64,000 nucleotides of DNA from Lama glama (Eukaryota): positions 16,556,001-16,620,000 of the forward strand of contig CM052816.1 in the NCBI GenBank assembly GCA_028534125.1, read 5' to 3'. Below, piece after piece: positions 12,050-24,595 of this stretch (position 1 is the first letter of the stretch; each line of letters opens with the position of its first letter). Below the pieces are notes generated by a model. The model was not told the origin of the DNA and did no database searches. It worked only from the letters and a program-made list of their open reading frames with translations. Position numbers and translations under genes: made by a program.

Positions 12050-12910
12050 ACTTATTCACTCAGCAAACAGTTACTGAGTGTCTAAATAAGGCTTTATACT
12101 AGATTTATGAAGGAGAAGAAACAAATTATGAATCAGATGTGATCCTCTCCATGAATGAGCTTGCAGTTTGGTAAAGATATATTAGTTAGCCTTTGCTGGG
12201 TTATGCTGTGATAACAAACAACCTCCCCAAACTCTGTGCTTTGTAACAACAAAGGTTTACTTCTTGCCCATCAGCTTTAGGTTAGTTTTGGCTCTGCTCC
12301 AAGAGTCTAGTAGATGTCATTCTTGTGGCAGAGGGTAGAGAGGATACTGTAGTGGCTGCTAAAGCTTCTGCTCTCATTTGATTGGCTAAAGTAAGTCTCA
12401 GGACCGAACCTGGTAACAATGGGGTAATGAAGTTATCCTCCTTCCACAGGAAGGTGTTCCAAGTCACACGCCAATATCTGGCAATTTATAATACTTTTAT
12501 AGAGAGGAGAAGTGCATAATTGGGAAAAAATATATATTATTACAAAAGGGTAGAAGCGCATAAATACTCATGACACAACAGAAAGTGATCAGAGTCCTAT
12601 GATTCAGGGCATTAGGAGCTCAAAGCGGAGAGCAATACTCTCCAGTTGGGGAGACCAGAGAAGAATTCTTGGAAAAAGTGGTTTTTGGGCTGCATCTTGA
12701 ACAATACTAGAGGATCTAGGTAGGTATAGAAGAAGAAGGCAGGGCATTCCAGCAGAGGAACAGCATGAGAAAGCCATAGAAGATGGAAAGTAAGATGCTC
12801 AGACAGGGAATGGTGAATTGTTTAGACAGCCTAAAGCAGAGAAATTGGGAGGAACTAATGGAAAGATAGCAAAATGAGTATGTCTGATGGCTCTGAGAAC
12901 ATATAGAAGG
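12050..12910 (-). mobile_element. L2 fragment interrupted by an MLT1I-like LTR (~12179-12544)
   Basis: The L2 tail ttattcactcagcaaacagttactgagtg is broken by tattagttag...ttatgctgtgataacaaacaacc...attattaca, then L2 resumes. Confidence 0.65.
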
Positions 12911-13959
12911 TCTGATCCCCACTCCATCCAACCCAGGCCGGGGTTCCTGGATCAGGGAAGTGCCTGCAATTGCTAGTAAATGAGTCTAGAGCAGCTGGGC
13001 CTTTGGCTAGACTCTTCTGTCCTTCTTGGCTTCGTCAAGCCCGGGTCCTAGCCTCTCTCTCTCAACACCTCTTTCAAAGTTTTGTTGGAAATTGGATTCT
13101 TAGTGTTCTTATAAACATGGGTTTTCTACTTGTTTCCTCTGCCTGCGGCAGCCAGCCCCATATCCAAAAGACATCTCCACACAAGGAGATGTTCAAACCA
13201 AAAAAGAAGTCTTCCCAGAAACAGTAGGAGTGACAAGATGACCTGGTAGAGTACCCAACCTTGCAAAGAAAGCCTTGGGCTTCATCCTGCTGGCTTCTCT
13301 TTTCTACTGCAGTAGTAAAATGAGGTTCTGTTTTGTTTAGAATAAGATCCCCAAATTTATTTTGCTCATAATGTTATAAAAGAAAAATATAATGGCTCTT
13401 TATGGTTGCATGTATTACAGTATGAATTTCATTCTTTTTGGATTCAACTTATTACAGCAATGATTTGGGTTAAACATTTATATAACAGAAACTTTCTGCT
13501 TCGTATTATGTGATAAGAATGTGCTGATTAGTAAAAATTAATTCTGTAACAATCTTGTTTGTTTTCTTTGTAGTTATCAAATGCAGTACACAGACGGAAA
13601 AAGCTTTGTGAGAGTGGGTCCCGGCTTGTTGGAACTAATGAGCTGCCTATGCGGTGGGTGTGTGGTCTAAATGATACTGGCCCTGGGCAGGCTTATACTT
13701 TTAATCATTAATGCCCTGCAGCCTGCTAGAAGCATAGAAAGAAACAGGCTGACTAGGACATGCCAGAAGACAGGGGGGGCCACCTGGAGGCCTCCCATTG
13801 CCCTGAAGGCATAAGTGGAGCTCAGGGCCCTGTTACTAGGCACAAACCTTGGTGGTCGTGCCTCAAGAGAGGCAGGATCTCTCCCTTGGGTATAGCCTCC
13901 CATGTCAAACATCTTAGTAGGTGCTAGAGCACAGGCCTGAGGAGAGGCTTGCGTATTAC

Positions 13960-14425
13960 TTATTCCATCATTCATTCACCCAAAAATATGTACTAAATAC
14001 CAACTCTGTGCCAAGCACAGGGTATAGTAATAAACAAGATAGACAAGCTCTCTGCTCTTTCAGTTTCATTTTAGTGTGGGAAGCAGACAATAAACAAGGA
14101 ATAAATCAGCAAGATAAGATCAGTTAGTAATAAGTGCTGTGAAGACAGTAAGAGGGTGATGTGATAAGAGTGCTTGGACCTCTAGTCGGGGGAAGGCTGC
14201 TCTGCAAAGCTGACATTCATGCTGAAACCAGAAGCATGGGAAGGAATCTGCTTTGCAAAGTGCTGGGGGAAAGCCTTCTAATCATTGGGAACAACAGGAG
14301 CAAAGGCCCCAAGGCAGGAAAAGACTGCAGTTATTTGATGGACAAAAAGGAGACAAGTGTGACTGAAGCATAGTGAGCAAGAGGGAGAATAACTGGAGCT
14401 GAGGTTGGAGAACTGAATAAAGGTT
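13960..14425 (-). mobile_element. L2 3' region
   Basis: cattcattcacccaaaaatatgtactaaatacc...gcaaaggccccaaggcagga. Confidence 0.8.
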
Positions 14426-14433
14426 AGATACTT

Positions 14434-15510
14434 AACTGGGAAAAATGAGAAATCACTCTAGGTAGTTTAAGTACACAATTGGGAAACTGGGAAAATCAGA
14501 AATCATTCCAGGTATTTCAAGTAGAAGGAATTTAATTTGAGGAATTGGTAGCAAACATGTTGGAAGAGCTAGAGGAAAAAAAGGAAGGAGATGAAGTTTT
14601 CTGAAGATTAGTAATTACAGGAAGTCACTATCAGCCCTAAAGCTGGAAGAACAAAATAGGAAATGGTTATCACCAGAGCTGAAAATTGCTGTGCTACTGA
14701 GGCTGCTTTTTTTTTTTGTGATTTACCAAGATTTTAATGTGTTTGGAGAGAAATCTTACTGAAAGAATAGCGATGACTATTTTCCAGCAAATAGTGAGTG
14801 AAAAACAATTTTAACCCCAAGCTGAGGTGATAAACCTGCTTTTTGGGGGACACAACTGCTGTAAATGAGACAACTGTAGCAACCATCCAAGACAATAAAA
14901 GAAAGCCTGTGACAATCTGTCCTATTATGGTGAGTGTGCATCATAGTTCACCATGGTTTTTTGTGAGATCTTCCCCATAATTGGTGGCTTGGCTTCCAAC
15001 AAATATGTCCCAGTTTTCCAAGAACTCCTCTCTAGTGAGCTTTTCATCCTTGTTTTTGTTCTACTCATATACTAGGTGCCTGGCCTCGGCCTGTGTGTGG
15101 TTATAGGCTTGGGGGAGGATCCAGTGGTGAATCTTATCTTTGTCCAGCTTCCCATCCTTGTTCAGATCCCAGAATTCATTAAACTTCCCCTGTTCTGACA
15201 GAACTCAGTCTGGCTCTGGGCCGTTCTCCTCATGGGAAAACACATTGGCGATATACTCATTTTGATCCAAAGTCATCCACTGAGGCTGCTTTTAAGAACT
15301 AAGCTGCCTGAGCAGAAACCCAAGAGAAAGCAATGTGGCCATTGCTGGAGGTGCCATGGCTTCTCGCTTACTCCTGCTCTCCAGTCTCCAGCCAGCGGTT
15401 CCAAGTGGCAGAATGTAACAGGAAGCCAAGTCATCAAAGGGATATAGGAAATGTGGATTGCAGGCTCCTAGGTTTTGGGGGACAGTGTAGAGGGCAGATG
15501 TAGAGCTGGA
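14434..15510 (-). mobile_element. Ancient ERVL LTR (LTR33-like) split by the RCN1 retrocopy
   Basis: The minus strand reads ...tggcttcctgttacattctgccacttggaaccgctggctggagactgg, LTR33-like. The sequence is continuous across the TSD. Confidence 0.55.
14711..15278 (-). pseudogene. RCN1: 5'-truncated processed pseudogene of reticulocalbin-1 (EF-hand ER protein)
   Basis: The minus strand translates [106 protein letters not shown], matching the RCN1 C-terminus (...[14 protein letters not shown]). Natural stop at 14941-14943, premature stops at 15205-15207 and 15061-15063, ATTAAA at 14733-14738, polyA at 14707-14717, 15-bp TSD actgaggctgctttt at 14696-14710 and 15279-15293. Confidence 0.96.
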
Positions 15511-15609
15511 CAACAACACTCACCATCAACCAGCGTTAAGGGTCTGGATATCATTCTGCAGGCCCCGTTCATGAGCTTTCCATCTGATATGCAGAACAGG
15601 CTGCAGGGG

Positions 15610-15745
15610 CAATTGGATCACCTACCTCACTTCACATCTGTAAAATAGAAATGACAAAAGTCATGGGTTTGTTATGAGGATTCAGGAACATAACGTATAG
15701 AAAATAGTTAATGCAGTGCCTGCAGTGTAAGGTTCAATGAATGTT
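15610..15745 (+). mobile_element. MIR
   Basis: catctgtaaaatagaaatga...gttatgaggatt. Confidence 0.65.
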
Positions 15746-16043
15746 ATCTATATATGAAACTATACTGAAAGTACAACTAAATCATGTGGGGGACACTCAG
15801 CCTTTTGGATCAAATAAAGTACATCTTAGTACGTGGAAAGGCTGGGAACCAATGGTCTTAGGAGAGCTCAGTCTAGACAAATTGATAGGATCAGACAACC
15901 TTCTTTTCCAGTTACTCCTATAGGGCTCACACAAAAGACTTCTGCCACGCTCTGCTTCTGTAAGCTCTACTTGGCCTCAATGGGAAACACAGAGTATAAG
16001 GAGTTTGATGGAGGAGTTGGGAATCTGGCAAAATAATGAGCTT

Positions 16044-16650
16044 TGTTCCAGTTATCTACTGCTGTGTAGCAAAATACCTGAAAGCTTAAGAGCTTAAAAC
16101 AACCATTTTTCACACTCATGACTCTCTGGATCAAGAATCTGAATGGGTACAAGTAGGGAATAGATCGTCTCTGTTCTATAATGTCTCAGGCATCGGCTGG
16201 TATGATTAGAAGTATGCAGGTCTCTCAACAGCAGGGGGCTGGAATCACTGAATGCTCTTTCAGTCACATGTCTGGTGCCTTGACTTGAAGATGAAGACTA
16301 GAGGCCAGAGCGCCTACACATGGCCCCTCTAGGTGGTTTGGCTTCCTTACAACATGCTGGCTGCGGGCTAGCCAGTCTTCCTATATGGTGGCTTAGGGCT
16401 CTAAACATGAATTTTTCAGCTAACAAGGTGGAAGCAGTATCACCTTTACAACCAAGCCTCAGAAGTTTCTCAGAACCACTTCTGTTGCAACCTATTAGTC
16501 TATAATTTATAAGGAAGCCACAAACCTACTGGATTCAAGGGGAGGTGGGATATACGCCACCTCCTGATGGGGGATTGACAAGGTTCTAGAAGAGCATATA
16601 GGATGGGAAATATTAGTGTGGCCATTTTTTGGAAAATACAATCTGTCACA
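16044..16650 (-). mobile_element. MaLR solo LTR (MLT1F/G/H-like)
   Basis: tgttccagttatctactgctgtgtagcaaaatacc...gcttaaaacaacca...ggaaaatacaatctgtcaca, with TG...CA termini. Confidence 0.8.
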
Positions 16651-17004
16651 GGCCTGCAGGTTAGAACTCACACTTCCCATGGGCCTGGAACCGTGCCAGC
16701 CATTCTAAGAAAGTAAAGTCTGAGCTCCCTGAAGAAGATAGGACCAAAGGCACATGCCCTTGTCTGTGTGCTGCCTTAATCTTCAGACAAAGCCTCCCTA
16801 AATCTCAACAAAAAGGGGAGCTGTGGCCCAGAATACATCCTCAGAAGTCCACAGAGAGTCCACTGGTAAAGACTTGGGGGACCTATGTCACATTAGAGAA
16901 CAAGAGAGTTGCCGGGAGTCTCATCTGACACTGGATAATGATGATGATAGTGATGATAAGATATTTACTGAGTGCCCATTTAGGACCAGGCACTTAAATA
17001 TGCC

Positions 17005-17550
17005 CAAAAAGAAATGTAGAGCCCTAAAAGCATATCTTAGAAAAGAAAGAAAATTGAAAATTAATGAGCTAAGGATCTGTCTTAATAAGTTACAAAAAAA
17101 AAAAAACAGAGCAAAATAAATTCAAAGAACATAGAAGGAAGGAAATGGCAAGATGAGGAATAAAAACTGAAGAAATAGAAACCACATATGCAGCACAGAG
17201 GATAAGCCAAGCCAGAAGCCAATTCTGGGAAAAGTGAAAAATCTCTGATGATACTGATCAAGAAAAAGTTGAAAGAAGACAAAAATAAACAATGTCAGGA
17301 ATGAAAATAAGTATTTCTATGGATGCTTCAGGCATTAAAAAGAAAATGAGAAGATATTATGAATAATTTTGTACCAATAAAACTGAAGATATGTGTGAAA
17401 CAGACAAATTTCTCAAAATACATAACTTACTAATACTGACTCAACTTGAAATAGGAAACCTGAATAATCCTATAATCATTAAAGAAATTGAATCAGAAGT
17501 CAAAAAAAATTCCCATAAAGAAAACCTAGGCTTTACTGGCAAGTTCTAGT
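17005..17550 (+). mobile_element. Old L1 ORF2 fragment (downstream of endonuclease) within a MIR
   Basis: Translates to ..ALKAYLRKERKLKINELRICLNKL.., L1 ORF2-like. Also gacaaatttctc and ttaaagaaattgaatcag. MIR pieces flank at ~16940-17000 and ~17580-17700. Confidence 0.8.
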
Positions 17551-18422
17551 TCTTTAAATACCCAACAGGGGAATTAGTATTCCCTTCTTCAGATGAGGAA
17601 ACTAGAATTCCAAGACTTCAAGCAGCTTGCCTTTAGGCCAGAGCTAGCAAATGTCAAAGCCAATATTTGAACCCTTGCTGGCCTGGCTCCAAAGCCAGGA
17701 AGTTTAGCCATGACACTCCCCAGCCTTCTCTTCAAATGCTATAACTAATAGCATATATATATGAAGGTGAAGGACAAGTCTCTGAAGCAAAAATACAAAA
17801 ACAGATTCTAGATTTCCAGAGATGGAAGGTAAAGCTCCTTTTCCTGGGGAAGCCCTAGAAATAAGAATCTGGTTATGTCCACACAGAGAAGGAACCTGGA
17901 GATTAACCCCAGGACAACACCCCACCATCTTTCAAGACCTATTCAAATACCACCACTGTTCTCCTGCAGGGCACCATAAACACTGCCTAAGCCCCATCGC
18001 TGCCCCGGCCTCCCATACATTTGAACGCCCACAGCACTACATCTGGGCCTCTTCTATACATTGCTGTGTATCATCCTCACTAATGTTTTCCAACCTTGGG
18101 AACACATGACTTCCTAAGAACACAAACTCTGGTTCAAGAAACATGCATTAAAACATTAAATATTGGTACTCTAGGTGATCAGTGAGGCTTTGAAAATTGT
18201 AAGGCAGCTGTCGTAGTCATCTGAGCCATACAGAGTATGTTCTTACTAAAAGGCATGTTTTGAATTTTCACTGAAATAAAAACTAAAAATTTAAATATTC
18301 ACATAGCAAACTTTGTGGTCCCTGTAGATAGATTTTATCTTTGTAATAAGGCATGAACTATCCATGATACAATGTAGGATTTCATTATCTCTTTAAATCA
18401 AAATTAAATTCAGTTTAAATTC

Positions 18423-18866
18423 TGTGGAACACTGGATTATTGTCTCATTTCTTTGCACCCTCCTAGGTAATAGGATTATATATCCACATTCTTTGCCAGG
18501 TAACTTTGCAGGTTCCTCCTGTGCGTGAAGTCTATTTCTCCATGCCTTGACTCTGGGCTTGGCCATATGACTTGTAACCAGTGGCGTTTGATGAGACTTG
18601 ACACAAGCAGAGGCTTAAAATGGGCTGTGCATTGGGGCTGTTACTCTTGTATTCCTCCTGTCTCCATTAGATGAACATTTTTGGGTTAGCCTGCTGGTCC
18701 TGGAAGGAGGATGAGAGATATATGGAGCAGAGCCAAACCACCCCAGCCAAAGCCAGCCTATAAGCAACTAGCCCACAGCTGGCCTCCAAACACATGAGTT
18801 AAATAAATACTTACTGCTGTGTGCACTGAAATTTGGTGGTTGTTATACAGCACTGCTATGACATAG
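18423..18866 (+). mobile_element. MaLR LTR (MLT1H/I-like)
   Basis: ctctgggcttggccatatgacttg...aagcagaggcttaaaat...aataaatacttactgctgt...gttgttatacagca. Confidence 0.75.
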
Positions 18867-19059
18867 TTTACCAGGCCCTCAGTCCATGCCAGTTGCCACA
18901 GCTGTATCCCCTGCCTGGACTGCAAAGCACATCTGAAAGTGAGTGTTCTGAGGCAGCTCCATGCCCTCTGTGACAAGTCCAGCCACAGTGGCCTTTGTCA
19001 AGGCTTCCCAAACTGTGGCCCTTTTTGCTCAAGGCTCACAGGAATTCATGGCCTTCAGT

Positions 19060-19250
19060 GATTGCCTGGGTTTGATTCTCAGATCCATAACCTTGGACAA
19101 TTCATTTAACCTTTCTTTACCTCATCTGTAAAGTGGAAACCATAATAATACTTCACAGGGGTCTTGTGAGAAATAAGTGACTACATATAAAGTGCTTAAC
19201 ACAGTGCCTGACATACAGTAAGTATGCAATAAGTGCCAGCTGTTACTAAT
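19060..19250 (+). mobile_element. MIR
   Basis: cctgggtttgattctc...cctcatctgtaaagtgg...gtgcttaacacagtgcctgacatacagtaag. Confidence 0.85.
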
Positions 19251-20525
19251 ATCATATATTTGTTCACCTAAATATTCTCCCTCCTATGTCCTCCCACCTC
19301 AGAGGACCTGTACTCACAGGAGTGGAGGTCTCTGCTCTGATGGAACTCACACCTCCATCCCCATCCTTCCAACCAACCCTCCTGACCTGGGCCCATCCCT
19401 CTTCAGTCGGAGAGCATTAAGCCTCCAATCCTTATCTCTGTTAAAAAAGGCTGTAAGGAAGCTGACTTCCAGGTAGCCTGGTGCTTGCAACTTTTCCTTT
19501 CTATCCAGAAACACATAAATCCTCATGGGGGTCAAAAAAGTCCAAACCTCAATGACAACACAGTCTGGCTCTCCTCCCAGGAGGGGTGGAATGCTTTTCA
19601 TTCCTTTGAGGTGAGGCTGTAGCTGAGAAAAACTAGACAGGGTTATTTTCTAAATAGGTCATTCTGCTCTGTCTAACTCTCAACAAATCTTCACCACTAG
19701 ACTGTCAATTCCTTGGCTATGCTTTATTTCCTGTGTACCTCCAGAGTTTAGCACAGAACCCACACTTAGCAGGTGCTTGATAAAATGTTGGGTAAATAAA
19801 TGAATGGAGAATATGGGTTATAGGACCAAGACAATTTCCAAACTAGGAATGGGGAAATAAGTATCAGCACTCACTCTGTGCTCAGCCTCATGCCCAAAGC
19901 TGAGGCTCACACAATAAAAGTACTTGAGCCTGGACTCAAGTCCTCAAAGACTTAAAAGTCTACAAAGGAAACAAAGCTCAACCATACAAATCATTTGCTC
20001 TGTTCCACATCAGAGAGAGCCCACAAAGGTGCTTTGTTCAGAAGCTGCTGTGGGCTTGATGGTGCACAGGAGGCTTAGGGAAGAAAGAAGTAGGATGTGG
20101 CCCAAGGTTTGAAGGTCTGAGAGGGGCTCAGGCTCTTAGCAGAGGGCCACCAGCTTATCAGATGTCCAAGAACATCATGACTAAAGGCACAGCACAGGAA
20201 TGAGTTTGCTATTTGCGGGAAAAAAACAAGGAAACCAGGCTGACCTGGCTGTAGGACTTGTGATAAGGAGTCATGGGAGATAAGCTTGGCTATTTTAGGC
20301 TGTGACCTGAGTGTGGAGACATGGAAGTCCAGGCTAGAAGTAGGTCCTGATAAGTCAGGCAACAAAGAAAAGGTTCTGGAGATGCAGTGTTACAAGCATC
20401 CAGTAGCATCAGGACCTCTCATTCCTCTCACTCCAGGACTAGATGAGATTTGAATCCAAGCCAGAGACTCCAGATATGAGCCCATTAGAGGGACAGAGCC
20501 CACAGCTCCTCTAAGAAAGAAGAAT

Positions 20526-20960
20526 TTGTATTGGTGAGAATGTTTGGCTGCAAGCAACAGAAAAATCTAGCTAACTTAAGCCAAAAATGATTATATTCAA
20601 AAGAAATGGGGGTGGCTCACAGAATCAAAGAAAATACTTAAGAGGCTATTTTAGAAAGATGAGAAACCAGAACGGTGAAATCACAGGAGCTGGGACAAAG
20701 GAATAATCTCTTCATGTTGCTTCCTTGGGGATAAATGAATTGCACTTTAACGACATTCCACTCAAAATTCAAGGAAGAAAGACCAGCTGACTGGCCTAGC
20801 TAGTGTCACTCCAATCTCTTGGCCAAGGAATGGAGGGAGTCTTTATTAACAGTTCACAAGATTGTAACTGCTGAAGCAGTGCCCCAAGCCAAATCCCCAA
20901 AACTGGTGCCAGGGAAAATAGGTACTACAGGACAGGCCAAAACTGTAGTTTTCTACTACA
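20526..20960 (-). mobile_element. MaLR LTR (MLT1K/L-like)
   Basis: tgtattggtgagaatgtttggctgcaagcaacagaaaaatc...ttctactaca. Confidence 0.65.
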
Positions 20961-21053
20961 AGGTATGTACACAAGGAAAACCTAGGGCCCAGCTGGGTCT
21001 TGGAGGTTGAAGAGAGAGGAAGGATGGAGGAGTTACCTGAACTGGTATGTATA

Positions 21054-21628
21054 TATGATTGTTAATTTCATTTGTCAACTTGACAGGCACACAAGATTCC
21101 AGATATCTGGTTAAACTATTTCTGGGTGCGTTTGTGAGGGCATTTCTGGAGGAGATTAGCTCTTGAATTAGAGGACTGAATGAAGCAGACTGTCCTCTCT
21201 TTTCTGAGTGGGTAATGATATTTAACCAGATATCTGGGCATCCCATGTCTCAGTCAAGTTAATACATAAAATTAACCAATCTGTTTAAGGCCAAAAAGGT
21301 GGAAGAACGTTGAATTCTCTCTCTTCCTGGCTGTATGAGCTGGGACATTGGTTTTCTCCTCTCTTCTGCTCTCCTAGTTCTCAGGCCCTCAGATCCAGAT
21401 AAAAATCTAGACCATCAGCTCTTGGGCTCTCAGGCCTTCAAAGTATACCACCAACTTCCCTGGGTCTCCAGTTTACAGATGGCAGATCATGGAACTTCAA
21501 TTAAGCCTCCATAATTGTGTGAGCCAATTCCCTATAATAAATCTCATTTCTCATTTTATTTCTACATCTAAATCTATTATCTATAGCTCCTATTGACTTT
21601 GTTTCTCTGGAGAACTCTGAATAATACA
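21054..21628 (+). mobile_element. ERVL solo LTR (MLT2B/D-like) with 5-bp TSD
   Basis: Starts tatgattgttaatttcatttgtcaacttgac, ends gtttctctggagaactctgaataataca. Perfect TSD gtata at 21049-21053 and 21629-21633. Confidence 0.92.
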
Positions 21629-22289
21629 GTATACATTTATGACTGGACCCCTAGGCTTTAGAGCTTAGAGTCCACCTCAGATTCCTCTCTTAGAGGCCTT
21701 CAAAGTGACCAGGGTAAGAAATGAGCTAGTGGGAGGAAGGGACCAACTAAGGCTCAAGGTGGTAACAGGACAGTGTTGAGAAATGAACCCATGGATATAA
21801 TAATTTAATAGTCCTAAGGGGAAGGAGAGATAGACTTATCATTTCCAGGATAAGTCAAGCAGGAACAGATTCTTTCTCACTCTATGAGATGCTGAAAGGA
21901 TCAGGGTGCTCCCCCAGCTTCCCGAAATCAAAATATAATTTGAGAGGATAAGGGTCAGAAACAAGTACCCATGCAGGGGAAAGCAAGGAGAAACTTCCTG
22001 TTTCATCTAGTTGAAAGGGAGTCAGAGACAAGGAAGAGTTTGTTAGTAAAGTACAATTACTCTGCCTGCCTGTTTCTAAAGCCTGGCATGAGGAGAAAGG
22101 CCATCTGGGAATCCTGATGTAGAGTCAGGGCAACTGAAATCCTCCCCACAGGGTTGGAACCTCCCCTGAGCCTGGCCCAGACCTGGTCCACCTCCTCCTG
22201 CGAGATGGGATGGGTTCCGATCATAGGTGGCACAGGGACTTGTAACCCTTTTAGGCATAGGGGTGAATGACATCAGGAGGAAGTGACAA

Positions 22290-22745
22290 GAAGGTTCTTG
22301 ATTCATTCTCCATTCTCTGGTCTGCTCAGTGCCCCAGGAAGCTGACCTCTATGTACAGTATTGCCTTGCCTTCAGCTCCTTTTGGGTTTGGTCAATGGGA
22401 GGCACTGACAGGAGATAAACCAATGGGAGGAGAGAGAGGAAGGGGTATTAATTCCCTACCCTCAGCCCCACAGCTGGGTCTTGGTGTTGGTAGCAGCTGT
22501 GTTCCCTTACAGAAGGCCACAGCTCCTGGGGCAAGGGCTCTCCTAAATACAGCTCTCACCAGGTTCTGGCAACACCAACCCCTCCCTTATCCCTTCCCTT
22601 TCCAGCCTAGAATTGGTGACGGCTTTCTACTGTGGCTAGGCTCTGGGTGCCTCTAGGTCCTCTGCTATTTCCTGTAACCCCACCCAGGAAATATTCCCTT
22701 CATCTGCCTCTCTTCAATTTACTCTGAGTATGCAATCTCATGGCC
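22290..22745 (+). mobile_element. ERVL LTR33-like
   Basis: ttgggtttggtcaatgggaggcactgacaggagat...cagaaggccacagctcct... Confidence 0.75.
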
Positions 22746-23634
22746 TCTGCCAAGTACAGCCTCTCACCGTGTCACATCAGTGTGGAAACCACCAGTCACT
22801 TTGGCCCTTGTTAGGCATCCCTGACCAGGGCTGCCTCATATTAACCAACAAAAATCAAGGAATCTCAATCAAATGTTCTCTGGTATTTGGCAGGGCACTT
22901 AAGAGGTTATTCTGTCATCTCCTTCCCTCCACACATGGAGATCAGTAACAGGGCAGAGACCAGTCAGCCCAGGAAAGGCCATCAGCCAAGCAGAGGCCCT
23001 CTGGCCTCAGCTGCCACCAGAATAGGTTCTCTCCTATTCAGCCCTGCCTCAGTTCCTCTGCTGCAGTCCTGTTCCTTGTCCCATCCATGGACTCTTTCCA
23101 GCAGGAAAGCTGGGTCCCTCTTGGTAATCTACCATTAAACTTCAGCTTGCTTCCACTTCCCTCCTCCTTTGCCCAGAGATAATCCTTTTTTCTGTGCTCC
23201 CATCCCTTCAGAGCACGTGGAGAGCACAGGGGAAGACTGAGACCCTTCTCTGAACCTCACACTCCCACCCTAGACCTTGGTTGCCCCAGGAAGCAGCAGG
23301 CAGGGGGAGGCCTGTCTCAGACTGAAGACAAGACAGCTGCTCATTAGGGAAGCTGAGAACTGAAGGAGGTGACTAATGGTGTCAGGAGCAGAGCCCAGCA
23401 TGAGCAGAGAAGTGAGCAACAGCATCAGAACTGACTGTCGGAGAAAAAGGAGAGGAGAGAAGAGTCAGTGCACAGAGCAGGCAGGGCTCTCACTCCCAGA
23501 GGATTCTCAGGATAAAACAAAACCAGCCTGACCTCTCCTCCCAGGAGCTGTCATCTTAGAAAAAAGGATTACTCTTGTAATCAGCTGTCACCTTGTGTGG
23601 GGCAAGGAGTGGTGGGGACATAGACACAGCCAAG

Positions 23635-24130
23635 GATGTTTGATTCCATTTCACAAACATCTCCTGAGTGCTTACTACATACTGGGGGCCAGCGGTGAAT
23701 CAGACAAACATAATCCCTACCCTCATGGAGCCTGCTTCCAGATGCATTTAAAATGCAAACTCCCTATTCTGGTCCACAAAGCCACACTTGGTCTGGTCCT
23801 CGACCTCCTCTTTACCTGCATTTTGTGCTCCTCTTCCCTTTCTCATGCCACAAGGCCTTCCTGAACATGCCAAGTTTCTTCCTGCCTCAGAGCTCTTGCA
23901 TCAGCTGGCAGTTCCCTCTACCTGGAACATTCTTCTCCCAGATCTTCTGTTCCACGGCTGCCTCCTTCCGGGCATTTAGGTCTCTGCCAAGGGAATTTCC
24001 TAGCAGGGAAAAGCACTCCAGGTGGTGGAGAAAGCTTGTCCAACAGTCTTGAGATGGGAAATAGTTAAAGAGTTGAAAGGAAACCAGCATGGTTGGGATA
24101 AAGCGGGCAAAGGGGAGTCTGAGCTCCCCT
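23635..24130. mobile_element. Cluster of L2 fragments in both orientations
   Basis: Antisense tail (cacaaacatctcctgagtgcttact), a sense body (ttcctgaacatgccaag...cctggaacattctt), then another antisense piece. Confidence 0.6.
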
Positions 24131-24214
24131 AGCCAATCATAAGACAAAGGCTGTGATCCAGGGAGGAGTGGTGAGGGTTAGAGGAATGAGACCAAGGAAG
24201 GCCTGTATGAGAAT

Positions 24215-24595
24215 GTGTGAGTGTATTGTGGAGTTGGTCACAGCTTCAAGTAATCAGGAAGCATTCTCAAGAGATTTATGAGTCGCAGAACCATCACCTG
24301 TGGCAAGAAAGAGGGGAAACACTGATCCAGGGGTTCCCACTTGCATTGTCAAAAGTTGCCCCTATGGTATTATCTACCCTAGGCTTCAGGCTGGAAAGCC
24401 AAGCAGTTCTCTGGCTACAAAGAAGCCCTAGGGCAGAAAGCCAGAGGGGAAGGCCAGGGGCCTGAGGGGAAGGTGCTGTCAGGTCACGGCCACGAACTGG
24501 CTGAAGCTAGAGTGGAGCTTTGTCATAGCACTGGCTGGAATAAGAAGTGAAGTCGAAAGAATTTGAAGTGGGGCACAAGAGGTGTCCCATAGAGT
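24215..24595 (-). mobile_element. ERVL LTR16-family-like LTR
   Basis: agaagccctagggcagaaag...gaagtggggcacaagaggtgtcc. Confidence 0.55.
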
